Origin: Gemmatimonadales bacterium
Lineage (GTDB): Bacteria; Gemmatimonadota; Gemmatimonadetes; Gemmatimonadales; GWC2-71-9
Direction of reading: 5' to 3'
DNA length: 19,655 bases
Assembly (NCBI GenBank): GCA_041613315.1
Contig: JBFJHJ010000045.1
Span: 1 to 19,655 of the forward strand
The notes below the pieces were generated by a model. The model saw nothing but the letters and a program-made list of their open reading frames with translations. It was not told the origin of the DNA and did no database searches. A program made the translations under genes and the position numbers. Position 1 is the first letter of the stretch. Each line of letters starts with the position of its first letter. Positions 17,673 to 19,655 of the stretch are shown in pieces.

Positions 17673-18304
17673 GGCTCTGTCTTTTCCCGGTGCCAGAGCG
17701 GATGATGAAGCTTCGCCCAGCTCCGGCTGACGGCGCCCTCGAGCATCCCCCGAAGGGTCCCGGGATACGCCACGGTGCCCAGGTAGATGTGCACGATCAG
17801 GAAGAGCCCGCCCCCCAACGTGGCTACGTAGTGGAGCAGCCGCATGGTCGTCAGGAGTCCGCGGCCGAACGGCGCGAGCCCGAGCACGCCGTCCGGCAAC
17901 CAGAGCGGGAGGCCGGTCACGAGGAACACCACGCCGAGTCCGCTCTGCACCCAGAAGAACACCTTCTGCCCACCGTTGTACTTGCCCGCGGGCGGCACCT
18001 TGTCGCGCTCGTGCCGGGCGTAGTGCTTGATCGCCCGCATCCAGCGCACATCGTCGGCGCTGATCCCCATGTCCCGGACCCAGAGGACGAACATGGCCAC
18101 GAGGGCCACGGTGAACACCAAGCCCGTCCACGGGTGGAGCACCCGGGCCGCGGGGCCGCCGCCCACGAGGCTGGTGAGCCAGAAGAGCGACGGGTAGGAA
18201 AAGGCCAGCCCGGTGAGCAGGAGTAGCACGAACGTGATGCCGACCACCCAGTGCACGACGCGCTCGAGGAAGTTGAACCGGGGCAAGTCGTCGCGTCGCC
18301 GCAC
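17669..18304 (-). CDS. fdnI: Formate dehydrogenase gamma (cytochrome b556) subunit
   Basis: Four TM helices with heme His ligands (ERVVHW, RVLHPW, LLHY, IVHIY), GKYNGGQK and WAKLHHPLW. Confidence 0.95.
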   Translation of the reverse strand: MRRRDDLPRFNFLERVVHWVVGITFVLLLLTGLAFSYPSLFWLTSLVGGGPAARVLHPWTGLVFTVALVAMFVLWVRDMGISADDVRWMRAIKHYARHERDKVPPAGKYNGGQKVFFWVQSGLGVVFLVTGLPLWLPDGVLGLAPFGRGLLTTMRLLHYVATLGGGLFLIVHIYLGTVAYPGTLRGMLEGAVSRSWAKLHHPLWHREKTEP

Positions 18305-18305
18305 G

Positions 18306-19193
18306 TCACGCGCTCCGCGAGCGGGCGCCGGGCGCCTCGTCGTCCGGCGATTCGGGGCCGACGCCCAGGTAATGGAGCACGGCGGCCAGCAGGCCGAAGC
18401 CGAAGAAGTACGACCCCAGCTTCTTCACCACCGAGAGCGCCGCCATCGGTCCGGGGCTCGCCACGGGGTCCGCCGGGAGCCGGTAGTCGTGCAGGTGATC
18501 GCCGTGCGGGACGACGTACATCATGTGCGTGCCGCCCACCCCCGCGGGGTTGTACAGCACGGCGTTCTCGAAGCCCCGGGCCTTGAGCGTCGCCACCTTT
18601 TCCTTCGCGAGCAAGACCATGTCGTCTTTGCTGCCCCAGGCGATGGCGTTCGTGGGGCAGGTCTTGACGCAGGCCGGCTCGAGCCCCGCTTCCACCCGGT
18701 CGATGCACATGTTGCACTTGTACACCTTGCGGGTCTCGCGGTTGTAGCGGGGGATGTCGAACGGGCACCCGGAGACGCAGAACTGGCACCCGATGCAGTT
18801 CTCCTGGTTGAAATCAACGATGCCGTTCTCGTACTGGACGATGGCGCCGGGGGCCGGACAGGCATACAGGCAGCCCGGCTCTTCGCAGTGCAGGCAGGCG
18901 TCCTTCTTGATGAACCACTGGAGGTTTCCGGCGACGTCCACCTCGTCGAACCGCATCAGGAGCCAGGTGTCGGCTGACAGGTCGCGGTGACTCTGGTAGG
19001 AGCCGAAATTGACCGTCGGCTCGACCTTCAGCTCGTTCCACTCCTTGCACGCCACCTCGCAGCCCTTGCAGCCGATGCAACGTGAGATGTCGACGAGCTT
19101 GGCGTACTCCTGGGACCGCCGGATACCCGGCGCCACCGCCTCCGGCGTCGCGGAGATGCGCTTGAGCGCGAGTTGGTTCTCGGGCAATCGCAC
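18306..19193 (-). CDS. fdnH: Formate dehydrogenase beta (4x[4Fe-4S]) subunit
   Basis: CIGCKGCEVAC, CLHCEEPGCLYAC, CIGCQFCVSGC and CNMC..ACVKTC, plus GVGGTHMMYV and a C-terminal TM anchor. Confidence 0.95.
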   Translation of the reverse strand: MRLPENQLALKRISATPEAVAPGIRRSQEYAKLVDISRCIGCKGCEVACKEWNELKVEPTVNFGSYQSHRDLSADTWLLMRFDEVDVAGNLQWFIKKDACLHCEEPGCLYACPAPGAIVQYENGIVDFNQENCIGCQFCVSGCPFDIPRYNRETRKVYKCNMCIDRVEAGLEPACVKTCPTNAIAWGSKDDMVLLAKEKVATLKARGFENAVLYNPAGVGGTHMMYVVPHGDHLHDYRLPADPVASPGPMAALSVVKKLGSYFFGFGLLAAVLHYLGVGPESPDDEAPGARSRSA

Positions 19194-19203
19194 GGTGCGC
19201 CCC

Positions 19204-19655
19204 CTACGCCTTGGCGAGGTTGACCCGGAACGCCTTGAACTCCGGGCACCGGGTGTTCGCGTCGCCGATGAACGGCGTCAGCTGGTTGGCCATCGCGCCC
19301 TGGGTGATCCCCACGAAGCCCCAGTGTACGGGAATCCCGACGGTCCAGAGCGTCTGCCCGTTGACGGTGAGCGGCTGGATGCGCTTGGTCACGATCGCCG
19401 TGCCTTCGACTGCGCCGCGCTTCGACCAGACCCGCACCCGGCTGCCGTTGGCGATGTCCTTCTCTCGGGCCAGCCCCTCCGGCACTTCGACGAAGAAGTC
19501 CGGCATCAACTCGACCAGGTACGGCACGTTGCTGGTGACGAAGTGCTCCCGTTCGACCACCCGGTACACGGTGCAGGCGTACGGATAGTCCTCGCCCGCC
19601 TGCGCCAGGCTCTCCCGCACGCCGTCGTACCACCGCAGCGTGGGGTTCACGGGGA
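19204..19655 (-). CDS. fdnG: Formate dehydrogenase alpha subunit, C-terminal molybdopterin-dinucleotide-binding domain (partial; 5' end outside window)
   Basis: PDFFVEVPEGLAREKDI.NG, VGIPVHWGF and ANQLTP.IGDANT..PEFKAF. Directly upstream of fdnH. Confidence 0.9.
   Translation of the reverse strand, partial: PVNPTLRWYDGVRESLAQAGEDYPYACTVYRVVEREHFVTSNVPYLVELMPDFFVEVPEGLAREKDIANGSRVRVWSKRGAVEGTAIVTKRIQPLTVNGQTLWTVGIPVHWGFVGITQGAMANQLTPFIGDANTRCPEFKAFRVNLAKA

Noticed and set aside
17673..18131. N-terminal extension of the FdhE ORF (438 aa)
   Set aside because: It overlaps fdnI in another frame and is low-complexity. A coupled TTGA start at 17672 gives a normal-sized FdhE.

Overview
High-GC (roughly 70% by eye) bacterial housekeeping region. 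The gene style suggests Gemmatimonadota, but this is inference only. From left to right: a SAM-II-class riboswitch with its own putative promoter and an intrinsic terminator, controlling a gene beyond the left edge; a kgd (E2-E1 fused 2-oxoglutarate dehydrogenase)-yggT-yggU unit on the minus strand; a DinB-family gene; an enoyl-CoA hydratase/isomerase; a long-form Lhr helicase; an orphan single-TM ORF behind a complete sigma54-type promoter architecture; a VWA protein and its AAA+ ATPase partner, separated by an MFS transporter and a cytidylate-kinase-like gene; and the 3' part of an fdnG-fdnH-fdnI-fdhE formate dehydrogenase operon. The most unusual signal is a dispersed family of degenerate 8-nt (GGCGGTMR-like) and 7-nt tandem repeats. 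These form inverted arms in intergenic spaces, supply stop codons and an SD, and sit in-frame inside three unrelated proteins. No tRNA, rRNA, CRISPR array or transposase was seen.
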